Of a stretch of DNA of 64,000 nt, positions 1-10,080 are shown in pieces (the first letter of the stretch is position 1; every line of letters begins with the position of its first letter). The DNA is from a virus (Duplodnaviria > Caudoviricetes): IMG/VR virus record IMGVR_UViG_3300034126_000020, positions 192,001-256,000 of that record; one strand, given 5' to 3'. The translations under genes and the position numbers were made by a program. The notes under the pieces were generated by a model. That model worked only from the letters and a program-made list of their open reading frames with translations. It had not been told where the DNA came from and did no database searches.

Positions 1-1819
1 TGATCATGATCTCTTTATCGACCATGAACCAATCGAGTTTCTCGATCAGCGGGAAACCATTCAACCAGATCTCCAACAACCCAGCTGGGATCTCCACCAA
101 GCCTTCGTAAAGAATGCCGTCAATGCGGATCTCTTTCACGTTCAGGCTGAACCGCAGCAATGCATCCGCGTAGTCCAACTCAAGGTTGTACGTCAGGAAC
201 GAGTCATCGAACTTGACCGCGGTGTAGAACATCTGCGGATTGACCTTCCACACCACTTCCCCTTCAATGAGGTCGTAGTGCGTGCCTTTGTCCGTGACGT
301 CGAACCAATCACCCGTAGGCAATGCGTTCTCAATCGGGCAGACGTAGCAGCGATAGGTCAGGCCTGCCTTGACCTTGGCATTCTTCCCGTAAACGGTCGT
401 CATCACGTCGGTACCACGGCCCACGATGCCCTCAATGTAGCGGCATGCTTCAGCACGAGGCACGTAGTTCTGCACGTTCTGGTTCAAGTACCAGCCCAAC
501 AGGCGACCACTGCCATCGTACTCGTAGACGGTGCTCTCACCACGCAGCCCGAACGGCAACTCCGTCCAAGCCTTGGGAGACGCGATCTTCTGCGGCGTGT
601 CAGCCACGATCCGAGTGATGGTGTTGTAGCCATAAGCGGCTTCGACCATCTCACGGGTGATGCCACCCGACGGGCTGCGCATCAAGGCGGTGTACTGAGA
701 CTTCTCCAGCTCCTCGATACGCCACACATCCACCACAGCCTCAGTACCGAGCACTGCGCCCAGCCAATCAGCGTCTTCGAGCTTGTACAGCTCTTTGATG
801 TGATGTGCTTCGCTCATCAGCGTACGATCCAGCCCAGAACGGCGAATGAACATCTGCACCGTGATCTGGTTGTTGACTGCCCAGTTGGGATTCTGGTTCA
901 GAAAGCGGTCCACTTGAGCCGTTGGAATGGAATAGTCGCGATGGGTGACCATGCGCAACGAATCCTCGACGTTCTTGTGGTAGTACACGCCCTTGTGAAT
1001 GTACGGGGTCTTCTTGTACATCAGGAAGATGTCTTGATCGTCCCGGTACCAGATGAGGTCGTCGTTGTTGACCTTTGGATGAAGCAAGTACTTCTGCTTC
1101 TGATCCATTTCCGACAGGAACACCGGAAGGTCTTTGACTTCGAACTCTTCGACGCGGATCACCGAGCTATCACGCACGATCTCAACAAGGTCACCCGTTT
1201 TCATGGTGCTCACGTTGAGTTCATTGACCCGCCAGCCATTCACGAAGGCAAAGCAGTAACCCGTCTTCAGGCGCATGTCCCGCAACTTGAACGTCAAGGC
1301 GTTGATCTGCGAACTGGAGGCCGGTTGAGCGTAGTGGTACTCAATGCCCGCGTACTGATCAATCGTGTCGTCACGATCGAAGAAGGCGTTGCTGTAGAAC
1401 CGGACGTAGACGTTCTCTTGACCAAAGTCACCGATGGTGAGCAGGTTCTCGATGGCGATCACGAGGTTGCCGTCGTCCGTATAAAGGAAGTACGCCAAAC
1501 GCCGAGGGATCATCAGACCCCGTTCGGTGTAGATGTCGATCAGCAGGATGGAGTCCACCATCTGGCTGCTGACCGCAGTCCACGTGTTTCGCTTCAGGTC
1601 AAGGTCCAGATTGCTCAGGGCGATGTTACCGAATTGGAACACATGGTAGCGTTCTTTTACAGTCGGGAGATTGAAGCGCGTCCATAGCACTTCAATACTT
1701 CCCCGAGCCCCGACTTTAGGGCTGATGCGTGCAGGACGAAGGATGTGCTGCCGGTCCTGCTCCGGTGCACACCACACGTTCTTGTACGCATGGTTGATCA
1801 GAAAATCATCGGAGGTCAT
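1..1819 (-). CDS. Virion structural protein, phiKZ gp27-like (3' end runs off the window)
   Basis: Absent from the ORF track because there is no stop in the window. Manual translation gives MTSDDFLINHAYKNVWCAPEQDRQHILRPARISPK..., an N-terminus typical of this family. The frame is still open at position 2. It sits next to gp28/sheath/tube-like genes. Confidence 0.7.
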   Translation of the reverse strand, partial: MTSDDFLINHAYKNVWCAPEQDRQHILRPARISPKVGARGSIEVLWTRFNLPTVKERYHVFQFGNIALSNLDLDLKRNTWTAVSSQMVDSILLIDIYTERGLMIPRRLAYFLYTDDGNLVIAIENLLTIGDFGQENVYVRFYSNAFFDRDDTIDQYAGIEYHYAQPASSSQINALTFKLRDMRLKTGYCFAFVNGWRVNELNVSTMKTGDLVEIVRDSSVIRVEEFEVKDLPVFLSEMDQKQKYLLHPKVNNDDLIWYRDDQDIFLMYKKTPYIHKGVYYHKNVEDSLRMVTHRDYSIPTAQVDRFLNQNPNWAVNNQITVQMFIRRSGLDRTLMSEAHHIKELYKLEDADWLGAVLGTEAVVDVWRIEELEKSQYTALMRSPSGGITREMVEAAYGYNTITRIVADTPQKIASPKAWTELPFGLRGESTVYEYDGSGRLLGWYLNQNVQNYVPRAEACRYIEGIVGRGTDVMTTVYGKNAKVKAGLTYRCYVCPIENALPTGDWFDVTDKGTHYDLIEGEVVWKVNPQMFYTAVKFDDSFLTYNLELDYADALLRFSLNVKEIRIDGILYEGLVEIPAGLLEIWLNGFPLIEKLDWFMVDKEIMI

Positions 1820-1840
1820 GACACTCGCCCTTTTGAGTAA

Positions 1841-3151
1841 TCAGTCATTACCTGCGATGATCTCATCCAGGTACTTGCTGAAGGTGGTCTTCATTGGCGT
1901 TTCGCCAGACGGGCTCACTTCGTAGAGGTTGCCCTTGGAGTCGGCTGCAATGAACACCGAATCCACGCCCACGCTTTCGATCACGTACAGGCCTTTGGTC
2001 TTGAAGTACTTGCTGATCTCTTTGGTGCCAGCGATCACGTCGAGGTGACCAGCCTTCTGGCCCAAACCGTAGATCTCGTGACTACCCACCGACAACACGC
2101 CGAACTTCTTCAAGAAGGCCACGTAGTCAGGAGCAAACTTCACGCCCAGTTCTTTCTGTGCCAGATCCACTTCAGCCTGAGAAGCTGGAGCGTTGGATTC
2201 GAACGTTTCCATCGACACGGTCATCGGACGGATCTTGCCCGCCAAGGTTTCCATGGACTTCACGAAACCAGACAGGTTCGTTTCGTTCAAACCGATCTTC
2301 TGCACGAGGCTGCCGAGGCTGGTCTTGCGCCACACTTTCGCGTTAGCAGCAGACTCGATCAACGACAGGAACACCGGTGGGTATTCCAAGGCTACGCCGC
2401 AGATGGCTTCCTTGCCCCAACCGAACCACGAACGACCCAGGGACATGGTAATGAAACCCACGTTGACCTGAGTGATGCGGGTGTTGGAGGAGAAGTGAGC
2501 ACGCAGCACAGACACGAAGTCTTCCAGCAACGCCATGTACGGCGAGGTTTCAACGACGTTCTGAATGATCGCAATCGGGTGACGGGTCCAGCGCTGAAGC
2601 AATGCACAAGCGGTCCCTTTACCATAAGTCGACAGTGCTTCGTCTGCACCATAAAACTGATGGATGTAAAAAAGTCCCGTAATGATCTGAACCTCGCGTT
2701 GTGCTACTTCGTCGACGCCGAGCTTACCTGTGATGAGCCCAGCGACCCAAGCGATGTACACTTGGGGAGCCAAATCGCCCACACGCAGGAAGTCATCCCG
2801 CACAGAGCGGTCTTTAACCCACAACGCAGTCAACTCTCCCATGCGGACTACAAAGTCAGCTTGGGTTTGGTTAGCGACGATGAAGCCTGTAGCAGAGCGC
2901 TGTTCCTTGCGCATGAACGAACGACCGTCAGCAAACACGACGCCGTTTTCGTTCAGCTTACGACTGCCGTATTCCTCGGAAGTAATCGGCAGGACAAAGG
3001 CGTCAATCTTCTCGACAGCCGGTGTAACCAGAACAACAGCGGGACCGTCGGCGACCAACCCACCCATGGCTTTTGCCACGGCAAGTTCGCTGATAATTTC
3101 GCCAGTTCTGTGTTGGCGAAGTACGGTGGAGTTCCAGGGGCTGGTGATCAT
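1841..3151 (-). CDS. phiKZ gp28-like virion (minor capsid) protein with a C-terminal SMI1/KNR4 (SUKH) domain
   Basis: Start MITSPW with GAGG RBS; divergent from the sheath gene as in phiKZ-like phages. The last ~115 aa (ASQAEVDLAQKELGVKFAPDYVAFLKKFG...) match the SUKH pattern and follow VSME. Confidence 0.7.
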   Translation of the reverse strand: MITSPWNSTVLRQHRTGEIISELAVAKAMGGLVADGPAVVLVTPAVEKIDAFVLPITSEEYGSRKLNENGVVFADGRSFMRKEQRSATGFIVANQTQADFVVRMGELTALWVKDRSVRDDFLRVGDLAPQVYIAWVAGLITGKLGVDEVAQREVQIITGLFYIHQFYGADEALSTYGKGTACALLQRWTRHPIAIIQNVVETSPYMALLEDFVSVLRAHFSSNTRITQVNVGFITMSLGRSWFGWGKEAICGVALEYPPVFLSLIESAANAKVWRKTSLGSLVQKIGLNETNLSGFVKSMETLAGKIRPMTVSMETFESNAPASQAEVDLAQKELGVKFAPDYVAFLKKFGVLSVGSHEIYGLGQKAGHLDVIAGTKEISKYFKTKGLYVIESVGVDSVFIAADSKGNLYEVSPSGETPMKTTFSKYLDEIIAGND

Positions 3152-3317
3152 CTTCGACCTCTTCTGTCGCAACCAGTAAAAAATAACAAAATAGTATGTG
3201 GTGATGGTATCGAATACATCGAGTACCGAATCCTACGGTTTTTAAATGTAGGCAAGGGCCATACCATTCGTAACTTCACGCGCGAAGTTGATATTCTTTC
3301 CCATGGGAGACATGAAC

Positions 3318-5375
3318 ATGTCGTCTGTTTCGATGGCTTCGTCTTTGCCGAGAACGGAAGTTCTTGGTTTTAAAGATGTGAGCGGTCAGGGTCAACCGCT
3401 GGAGATCGTCAACCTGCCGATCTTCCTGCCCTGGACCCCGCTGTTCACATCCTGGGGTCCCTCCGACACCGCCATGCTGGTGAGTGGGGGTGGCTTCAGC
3501 ACTATTTACGGTGCGGACAACTTCTACCCTGGTTCGGCATTCCTGAGCCACCAAGGCGCCATGTTGCAGAAAGTCATGCAGACTGGTGCAATGGCCTTGG
3601 TCCGTCGACTGAAGGCAATTGGTGCTGCAACGGCCAACCTGCGTATCTGGGTTGACATGGTCGATGACAAGATCGATCAGTACGAGCGTAACCCGGACGG
3701 TACCTTCAAACGTACCAATGGTCAGCTCGTGGTTATCGGTGAGCCTGTGCTTGGCTACCGCCTGCGTTTCGTGGTCGAGAAGATCGACGGCGAAGACGGC
3801 GTGAAGAAAGCATCGCCGACCACCGGCACCATGACCAACTGGGACGGCAAACCGTCTACCCAGTACCCGCTGATGGATCTGGAAGCCCGTTTCGACGGCG
3901 CCAAGGGTTCCAACTTCGGTCTGCGTCTGGTTGCCCCAACCACCAACAGCTCGACTCCGGTCAACGCTGAACTGGTTGAAGGCCAAGGTGCGTACGTGTA
4001 CCGCCTGTCGATCCTGGAACGTGCAAGCGTCAACAGCACTGGCCAGGTCCGCATGAACCTCGACGGCAACCCGTTCGTTGAGTTCACGCTGAAGCAGGGT
4101 GTGGTCGATCCAAAGTCCAACCTGAACTACAGCTACGACAAGCGCATCCTCAAGGCGTTCGAAAATAACGACCCTGAAGTGTTCTCCGGTTACGGTCCGC
4201 TGAAGACGTTCCACGTCTACAACGCTCACCTCAAAACCGTGCTGGATGCCATCTACGCTACCGAGAAAGACTTCGGTCTGATCGAAAGCGAGATCACTCC
4301 TGAGCATTCGATCAACCTGTTCGGTGGTACCAACGTCAATGGCGTTCCGTACTACTCGGTCAAGATCGAAGGCCCATCGGCTGGTGGCGTGCTGTTCGGC
4401 GAAACCGCGACTCACTGGCTGCAAGGCGGTGAAGACGGTACCGTGACCCCTGAGTCTTACGACGAAGCGGTGAATGGCGAGCTGAACGTGTTCGGTGAAG
4501 GCGATGTGCCTTACGCTGACCGTGCAAGCTTCCCGATGTCCAGCTTCATCGACACCGGTTACACCCTGCCGACCAAGCGTCTGATGTCGAACGTCATGGC
4601 TGTGCGTCCCGACGCATGGGTACTGGCTTCCACCCAGGACGTTCTGGAGCCGTTGAACACTCCGGAAGAAGATTCGAGCATCGGCGCTACCCTGCGTAAC
4701 GCGCTGAGCTTGGTTCCTGAATCCGAGTTCTACAACACCGGCGCTTGCCGTGCTATCGTAATGAAGCACGCTGGTACCTACCTCGATTCCGAGTACGACG
4801 GTATCCTGCCGTTCACTGTGGACTTCGCGGTCAAGGTCGCTACCTACATGGGTGGCGAGCGCATGAAAGCAGGCTACGCGCCTGACGGCCAGGCTGGTCG
4901 CATTGTGACTCGATTCGTCGACCACAACGCCAAGTTCCGCCCAGTCAAGCCACGCAACACCGACTGGCAAGCTGGTATCAGCTCGGCAGAGCCCTTCGAC
5001 CACCGCGGTCAAGTGTTCTTCCCTGGTATCCAGACCGTCTACCACGACAACACGTCGGTCCTCAACTCGTTCTTCCCAATGGCGATCTGCTGCCACCTCA
5101 ACCGTATCGGTGAGTTGGCCTGGCGCATGTTCACTGGCGACAGCCGCATGACTGCTGCTGAATACGCCACGAACGTGGACCGCTTCATCGAAGAAGAGAT
5201 CAAGGATCGCTACGACGGTCGTGCGGACATCACCCCGAGTTCCTACTACACTGCGGCTGACACTCAGCGCGGCTACAGCTGGCACACGGACATCGAAGGT
5301 CTTTTCGACGGCATGAAGACGGTGGAAGTATTGACCGTTGTTGCTGGCCGTCGTCCTGGTACGGAGACTGAGTAA
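3318..5375 (+). CDS. Tail sheath protein (phiKZ gp29-like)
   Basis: ~685 aa, GGGAG RBS, N-terminal PRxxxxGxKDxS and P..LP motif, C-terminal sheath-like domain (AICCHLNRIGELAWRMFTG). Immediately upstream of the tube gene. Confidence 0.85.
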   Translation: MSSVSMASSLPRTEVLGFKDVSGQGQPLEIVNLPIFLPWTPLFTSWGPSDTAMLVSGGGFSTIYGADNFYPGSAFLSHQGAMLQKVMQTGAMALVRRLKAIGAATANLRIWVDMVDDKIDQYERNPDGTFKRTNGQLVVIGEPVLGYRLRFVVEKIDGEDGVKKASPTTGTMTNWDGKPSTQYPLMDLEARFDGAKGSNFGLRLVAPTTNSSTPVNAELVEGQGAYVYRLSILERASVNSTGQVRMNLDGNPFVEFTLKQGVVDPKSNLNYSYDKRILKAFENNDPEVFSGYGPLKTFHVYNAHLKTVLDAIYATEKDFGLIESEITPEHSINLFGGTNVNGVPYYSVKIEGPSAGGVLFGETATHWLQGGEDGTVTPESYDEAVNGELNVFGEGDVPYADRASFPMSSFIDTGYTLPTKRLMSNVMAVRPDAWVLASTQDVLEPLNTPEEDSSIGATLRNALSLVPESEFYNTGACRAIVMKHAGTYLDSEYDGILPFTVDFAVKVATYMGGERMKAGYAPDGQAGRIVTRFVDHNAKFRPVKPRNTDWQAGISSAEPFDHRGQVFFPGIQTVYHDNTSVLNSFFPMAICCHLNRIGELAWRMFTGDSRMTAAEYATNVDRFIEEEIKDRYDGRADITPSSYYTAADTQRGYSWHTDIEGLFDGMKTVEVLTVVAGRRPGTETE

Positions 5376-6241
5376 TGACCGTCCGTCATCGCGACACCCT
5401 GCTCGGTAACGGTTTGGGCTACGGCGAGTATAACAACTCGCCGATGGTCAACTTGGCGATTGGTGGGCAGAACGCCTACCAGTCTGACCTCCGTTACTTC
5501 CACGCCAACACCGACTACGTGCGCCGCAACCTGATCATCAAGGTTCTGCAAGCGCCACGTGGTTTCCAATACCTGGACAACCCAGACGCTTACTACAAAG
5601 CCCTCAAAGGCATTGTAGAGATGCACGCACAGACGTGGGACGGCTTCAACCGTACCCTGACTGTGAACAGCGTCGAAGCTCCGGTGTCGGGTGCTGGCGA
5701 AATGCAACAGACCCCAAGCAACGTGACGCGTCAGCGTTCCGATCCATCGATGACCATCCGTGAGAAGTACGGCCGTCCAGTTCAGCGCTTCTTCGAGAGC
5801 TGGATTACCGAGCTGATCATGGACCCGGACTCGAAGGTGCCTGGGATCTCCACCCGTGTCAACAAGCCTACCGACTTGCTGCCGGACATCTACTCGATGA
5901 GCATCATTGCTTTCGAGCCGGACCCGTCCTTCACCAAGGTTAACTCGGCCTGGCTGATGACCAACATGTACCCAACCACTGCCGGTGATTTCACTGGCCG
6001 CCGTGACAAGACGGCTGATGGTGAAGAGTTGGTGCTGTCGATCCCTTGGACCGGCATGCAGCAAGTGGGTCTGGCCGTCGACCGTTTCGCTCAGCAACTG
6101 CTGGACGCGATGCCGAAGACCGGTACCTCTCCAAACCTGAAGCCGTCGTTCGCGACGGGCGTGGAAGCAGACGTTGCCAAACACAACGTAGGTTTCACCG
6201 AGCAGGTAGCGGACTTCAACCGCACTTACATCAAGCTGTAA
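5375..6241 (+). CDS. Tail tube protein (phiKZ gp30-like)
   Basis: 288 aa, coupled to the sheath stop (TAATG). Family-typical YVRRNLI...APRGF and EPDP...AWL.TNMYP motifs. Confidence 0.8.
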   Translation: MTVRHRDTLLGNGLGYGEYNNSPMVNLAIGGQNAYQSDLRYFHANTDYVRRNLIIKVLQAPRGFQYLDNPDAYYKALKGIVEMHAQTWDGFNRTLTVNSVEAPVSGAGEMQQTPSNVTRQRSDPSMTIREKYGRPVQRFFESWITELIMDPDSKVPGISTRVNKPTDLLPDIYSMSIIAFEPDPSFTKVNSAWLMTNMYPTTAGDFTGRRDKTADGEELVLSIPWTGMQQVGLAVDRFAQQLLDAMPKTGTSPNLKPSFATGVEADVAKHNVGFTEQVADFNRTYIKL

Positions 6242-6272
6242 GGCTTGGTGCAAAGAAAAAAAGAAGAGGCAA

Positions 6273-6307
6273 GGAGGGAGTCCCCAATGGGGACTCCCTC
6301 CTATGCC
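6273..6307. terminator. Bidirectional hairpin terminator between convergent genes
   Basis: 13-bp perfect stem GGAGGGAGTCCCC-AAT-GGGGACTCCCTCC. U-rich tail on the minus strand, TATGCC tail on the plus strand. Confidence 0.8.
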
Positions 6308-6314
6308 GTCTCGA

Positions 6315-7874
6315 TTAGTGGAAGAGGACGAACGGACGCAGACGACCCGGTTCTACGGGCAGTTGGCCTTTCTCATTGGTCAGGTCTGGACGACCCGTGG
6401 TGGTGCGTGCAGCGCGTTCACGACGAAGGCTATCGGCCAGTACGAGCAGGAACTTGTGCTCGTACTGATCGTAGTCAGCGATGAAGTACATCTCTTTCTT
6501 CGCATCGTCTTCGATGTAGACGAACTGGTTGATTTGCGGAATCCACTCGCGAGTTGGGATACGGGACGGACGTTCTGGATCAGCATGACGCTCCAGACGA
6601 ACTTCCATATCCGCACGGTTTGGATAACCGTCGTTGCGTGGAGGGCGAGGAGGCAGACGGGCATCGGAGCGATCATTGCCCCGAGCGCTGTCACCACGAC
6701 GACCGGAATGACCAGCGTCACGACCATTGGCCTTGAACGTCAGGTCTTCGAGAGTGAACACTGGGCCTTCCAGACCTTTGGTGTCCATGTGATGGCGATC
6801 GAGGACCAGGTTGTTGTGGATGTCGAGGTGGTAGATGTCACCACGCCCTTCAGCGTGTTCACCAGTGCGAACGCGTTCAACGTGCAGCTTGCCAGCGTAC
6901 GCCTGAGGGCTAGTGATAGCCTTGATGGTGTAGCTGTTCATCCACTTGCGAGCCAGGACCGAAGTCTCGCTCATCAGGATGGCCTTGATGACGGCTTCCA
7001 GATTGTCAGCACCCAGCAGGTCGAACAGTTCTTGCTCTTCGAGCTTGGACTGCGGAACGAACTGAGCACCTACTTCTTCGAAGTCGAACAACTTCGGCGC
7101 TACCGGTTTTGGCACGTTACGCTTGACGTCGCTGACGATGATGCGGATGTTCGTTTCTTCATCGAACTTGGCATTAGGGTCAACGGGTTGTTTTGCCACA
7201 GCGAACATGTCCTTGGACTCGAAGTCCAGGCGAAACAGAGTTTCCTGTTCACCGACCACGATCACCTGAGGCACCACTTCAGCACCAAGGCCGATGATGG
7301 CGTAGAACTCCAGCTCGAACGCATTCGGTTCACGCAGGGCCTCGATGTTGTGGGCAATCACGCCGATCACGTTACGGGCATAATGCGCTTCCGCATTGAA
7401 GTTGCCGAAACGTTCAACATCAGTTGGGTTCTGGAAGATCACTGTAGCGCTGAGATCACCGTGGACCCACTGAGTCTTCACCGGACCTTCGCCCAGTTCC
7501 AACTGCATGATCTTGTCTTGCCCTTGCGAGGCAGGATCGCCCAGGCCGTCGTGCTGTGCTTCGAGGCTGGTACGCGTCCAGGTCATCAGGATAGTGCTGG
7601 CATTGATCGGGTCAACAGCAACCAGACCTTTGCCATCTTCGCTGATGCCCAGAGGCATGTAACGCTCTTTGCCCAGATCCAGCTCGACGCTCATGGCGCC
7701 ACGTTGACCGCGACGGACACGGAACATCTCGTACGGTTGGAACAGGACTGGATCACCTTCGACGTTGGTGAAGGCGTTAACCTTTTGCAGCAACTGGAAG
7801 ATCGTGAAGATCTTGCCGGATTTGGTCATGTTCTCTTGACCGTGGGTAATCTTCAATTCAGCAGTAGGTTGCAT
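6315..7874 (-). CDS. Hypothetical protein (519 aa)
   Basis: Long ORF with AAGGAG RBS and phage-like codon usage; upstream conserved motif; no recognisable domain. Confidence 0.75.
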   Translation of the reverse strand: MQPTAELKITHGQENMTKSGKIFTIFQLLQKVNAFTNVEGDPVLFQPYEMFRVRRGQRGAMSVELDLGKERYMPLGISEDGKGLVAVDPINASTILMTWTRTSLEAQHDGLGDPASQGQDKIMQLELGEGPVKTQWVHGDLSATVIFQNPTDVERFGNFNAEAHYARNVIGVIAHNIEALREPNAFELEFYAIIGLGAEVVPQVIVVGEQETLFRLDFESKDMFAVAKQPVDPNAKFDEETNIRIIVSDVKRNVPKPVAPKLFDFEEVGAQFVPQSKLEEQELFDLLGADNLEAVIKAILMSETSVLARKWMNSYTIKAITSPQAYAGKLHVERVRTGEHAEGRGDIYHLDIHNNLVLDRHHMDTKGLEGPVFTLEDLTFKANGRDAGHSGRRGDSARGNDRSDARLPPRPPRNDGYPNRADMEVRLERHADPERPSRIPTREWIPQINQFVYIEDDAKKEMYFIADYDQYEHKFLLVLADSLRRERAARTTTGRPDLTNEKGQLPVEPGRLRPFVLFH

Positions 7875-7910
7875 TGCGTCACTCCTTGGTGGGATAGGTT
7901 ACTCAACTGT

Positions 7911-7930
7911 ATCATGTATTGCTACAGAAA
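7911..7930 (-). promoter_or_regulatory. Conserved promoter-like motif copy (TTTCTGTAGCAATACATGAT)
   Basis: One of four similar copies, each just upstream of a minus-strand gene. Confidence 0.55.
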
Positions 7931-7946
7931 GTTTCAATCGACCGGG

Positions 7947-7970
7947 CATAAAGGGAGGGCTAGGCCCTCC
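7947..7970 (-). terminator. Hairpin followed by TTTATG
   Basis: GGAGGGC-TAG-GCCCTCC immediately after the 7973 stop codon. Confidence 0.6.
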
Positions 7971-7972
7971 AT

Positions 7973-8344
7973 CTATTTACGCACTTCTATCTGTGGATCA
8001 ACGAAGTAGTCCAAGATCAGCCAGCCTTTACTGGAAGAGATCTTGAAGTGGTTCGTTTGCCACCCACGTTTGACATCTCGTTGGTATGGCGTGGTGTACT
8101 CGACCGGCTTTCCAGGGAACTTATTGAGGTCAAGTTCGAATCCGGGATCGCGGATCAGGTCATGCAGAGCTTTAACGCTCTCTACGTGCAGCATGGCGCG
8201 TATATCGAGGTTGTGATCAACAGAGTATGCCGGTACGTTGCAATCGCTCTCTACGGCTCTTATAGCAGCCTCTAGAGCGACATGGTTGTACTCACTGTCA
8301 AGGCTCGTGTCGTGGCCGATGTAATCGTCACTCGCATCCATCAC
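7973..8344 (-). CDS. Hypothetical protein (123 aa)
   Basis: ORF coupled to the upstream gene (ATGA-type overlap) in a tight minus-strand run. Confidence 0.65.
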   Translation of the reverse strand: MMDASDDYIGHDTSLDSEYNHVALEAAIRAVESDCNVPAYSVDHNLDIRAMLHVESVKALHDLIRDPGFELDLNKFPGKPVEYTTPYQRDVKRGWQTNHFKISSSKGWLILDYFVDPQIEVRK

Positions 8345-8853
8345 TGAACCACGCGGAACTGAGCCTTGCGTTGATTACGGGCCTCAAGCGCTTCTTGGGC
8401 TCTCTTCAACTCAGCGTGGTGTTCCACCTCAAGCTTGCCACAGAGGTCAAACACAGCCAACGCTTGAATGACACTGCCCATGTCCATGAGGTCGGAGTAG
8501 GGCGGGTGAGGGCATTCGCAGGGATGTGTCAACAGACAGTCACCCGTGATGGTGTTGAGGTCCAAGACAATGCCACCGACTTCTTCGACCTCTTCACCGT
8601 CCGCCGCATCGAAACCCACAATGATGGTGAGGTTGAACCCATCGGTTGCCGAAGGATGGAACGACAGCTTGATAAAGTCGTTGTCCGCATCCACGGAATC
8701 TCGGATGGTGTTGCCACCACCGTACACCGGGAAGTTACCGAACTGGTACGTCCAGGTTTCCTTCTCTTGTATTGCGGTCTCGATGCGTGACTCCATGACC
8801 CGGAGGATTCCAACCAACGCACCGGCCATAGGGGCCAGAAAGTCCATAGACAC
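8341..8853 (-). CDS. Hypothetical protein (170 aa)
   Basis: GAGG RBS, tight packing with neighbours. Confidence 0.7.
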   Translation of the reverse strand: MSMDFLAPMAGALVGILRVMESRIETAIQEKETWTYQFGNFPVYGGGNTIRDSVDADNDFIKLSFHPSATDGFNLTIIVGFDAADGEEVEEVGGIVLDLNTITGDCLLTHPCECPHPPYSDLMDMGSVIQALAVFDLCGKLEVEHHAELKRAQEALEARNQRKAQFRVVQ

Positions 8854-8854
8854 C

Positions 8855-9382
8855 TCAGTTGACGTGATGGCGGATGGTAGTGAACTTACGCTTGCCAGAG
8901 GTCACCACTGGCCCAGGGAGGGCTTTGGGTACCATCGCAGCCTTGTGGGCTACGTCTTTCAAATTCGTGCGCTTCACACGGTCTTCACGAGGGGTGTGCT
9001 TACGCTCACTCACGTAGAAACCGGAGCAGGAGTTCTTGAAGAGGATCAGGTTCGCATTCTGCGCCTTGTCCTCGATCACGTCGATGCCAAACTCTTCCCA
9101 GTTCGGTTCACCGCCAGCGATCACTTCAAGCAGTTGTGGCTTGTAGTTGCGTACCAGGTTGTCGATACGGCTTTGCAGGGCAGTTCCCACGCACAGGCCG
9201 TAGAAGAACCCATTCTCCTTGTCGACCTTGCCCAGCCAGTTCAGGCCGGCCTTAGCGCGATCGCGGATGTCGTGCATGTTGTCGATGTCGTCGCTCATGA
9301 TCAAGCGGAAGTAAACGCCGGTCTTGCGAAGGTCGCTACCAATACTTTCCAGCTCGTCTTTCAAATACTGCAACTTGCTCAT
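8855..9382 (-). CDS. Hypothetical protein (175 aa)
   Basis: AAGGAG RBS, tight packing with neighbours. Confidence 0.7.
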   Translation of the reverse strand: MSKLQYLKDELESIGSDLRKTGVYFRLIMSDDIDNMHDIRDRAKAGLNWLGKVDKENGFFYGLCVGTALQSRIDNLVRNYKPQLLEVIAGGEPNWEEFGIDVIEDKAQNANLILFKNSCSGFYVSERKHTPREDRVKRTNLKDVAHKAAMVPKALPGPVVTSGKRKFTTIRHHVN

Positions 9383-9443
9383 GGTCGCTCCTTGATGGTG
9401 CTTGGTGTATGTTCTATAGGTTTAGCAGAAAAAAGATCGCTGA

Positions 9444-9476
9444 CATAACCCAGCAGCCGGTTAGGGCTGCTGGGCT
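9444..9476 (-). terminator. Hairpin followed by TTATG
   Basis: CCCAGCAGCC...GGCTGCTGGG stem downstream of the 9495 stop; CATA at 9444-9447. Confidence 0.6.
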
Positions 9477-9494
9477 GGCCGGGCTACGCAGGTG

Positions 9495-9959
9495 TTACTT
9501 GTTGAACTGCGCGGCGAAGCTTTCGGAGACGTGGGTCACGATGCGCTTCAGGTCGCCACGCTTGGCAGCGGCGCCGGAGTCCAGCTTCAGGGAGACGTTA
9601 CCGAACTTCGGCTTTTCTTCGGACGAGCCTGGAGCACGGACCATGATCTTGCGGTCAACGCTTGCGCGGATGGTGTTGTTGCCGTAGTCGATCGAACCGG
9701 TTACACGGTCGCAGCCAGCTTGTGCAGTCATGTGCACTTGAGCGGCATTGCCCAGGCCCAGAGCCAGAGCACCGGCGAAGGTGGCTTCTTGGTCTTGGAC
9801 GAGCTTGACGGTTTCGAGGCTCAGTTCGGCAGGCAGGTTGTCTTTGACGAAGGTTTCAGGCAGGGTGGCAGCACCGTCGTCGTCGAAGGTGATGGAGTCC
9901 TGGATCTTTACGCCGAGGTCTTTGATGGACTGGCTGACTTTGTTCAGAGCATCGCTCAT
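9495..9959 (-). CDS. Hypothetical protein (154 aa)
   Basis: Start MSDALNK with AGGAG RBS; preceded by the conserved motif at 10063. Confidence 0.75.
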   Translation of the reverse strand: MSDALNKVSQSIKDLGVKIQDSITFDDDGAATLPETFVKDNLPAELSLETVKLVQDQEATFAGALALGLGNAAQVHMTAQAGCDRVTGSIDYGNNTIRASVDRKIMVRAPGSSEEKPKFGNVSLKLDSGAAAKRGDLKRIVTHVSESFAAQFNK

Positions 9960-10062
9960 GGTGTAACTCCTGATGGGTGTGAAAAGTTTATTCGACGTGT
10001 GTAGTCGCACAGTAAGCGCCGCATGCGTTTTTATTTACGCACTAGGTTCAATGTACACCTTG

Positions 10063-10080
10063 ATAATGTATTATCGAAGA
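10063..10080 (-). promoter_or_regulatory. Conserved promoter-like motif copy (TCTTCGATAATACATTAT)
   Basis: Shares the AATACATKAT core with copies at 7911, 11197 and 35897. Confidence 0.5.

Noticed and set aside
278-1687. 469-aa plus-strand ORF
   Set aside because: Antisense shadow of the minus-strand gp27-like gene. Strong codon bias leaves the opposite frame stop-poor, and the protein composition is implausible.
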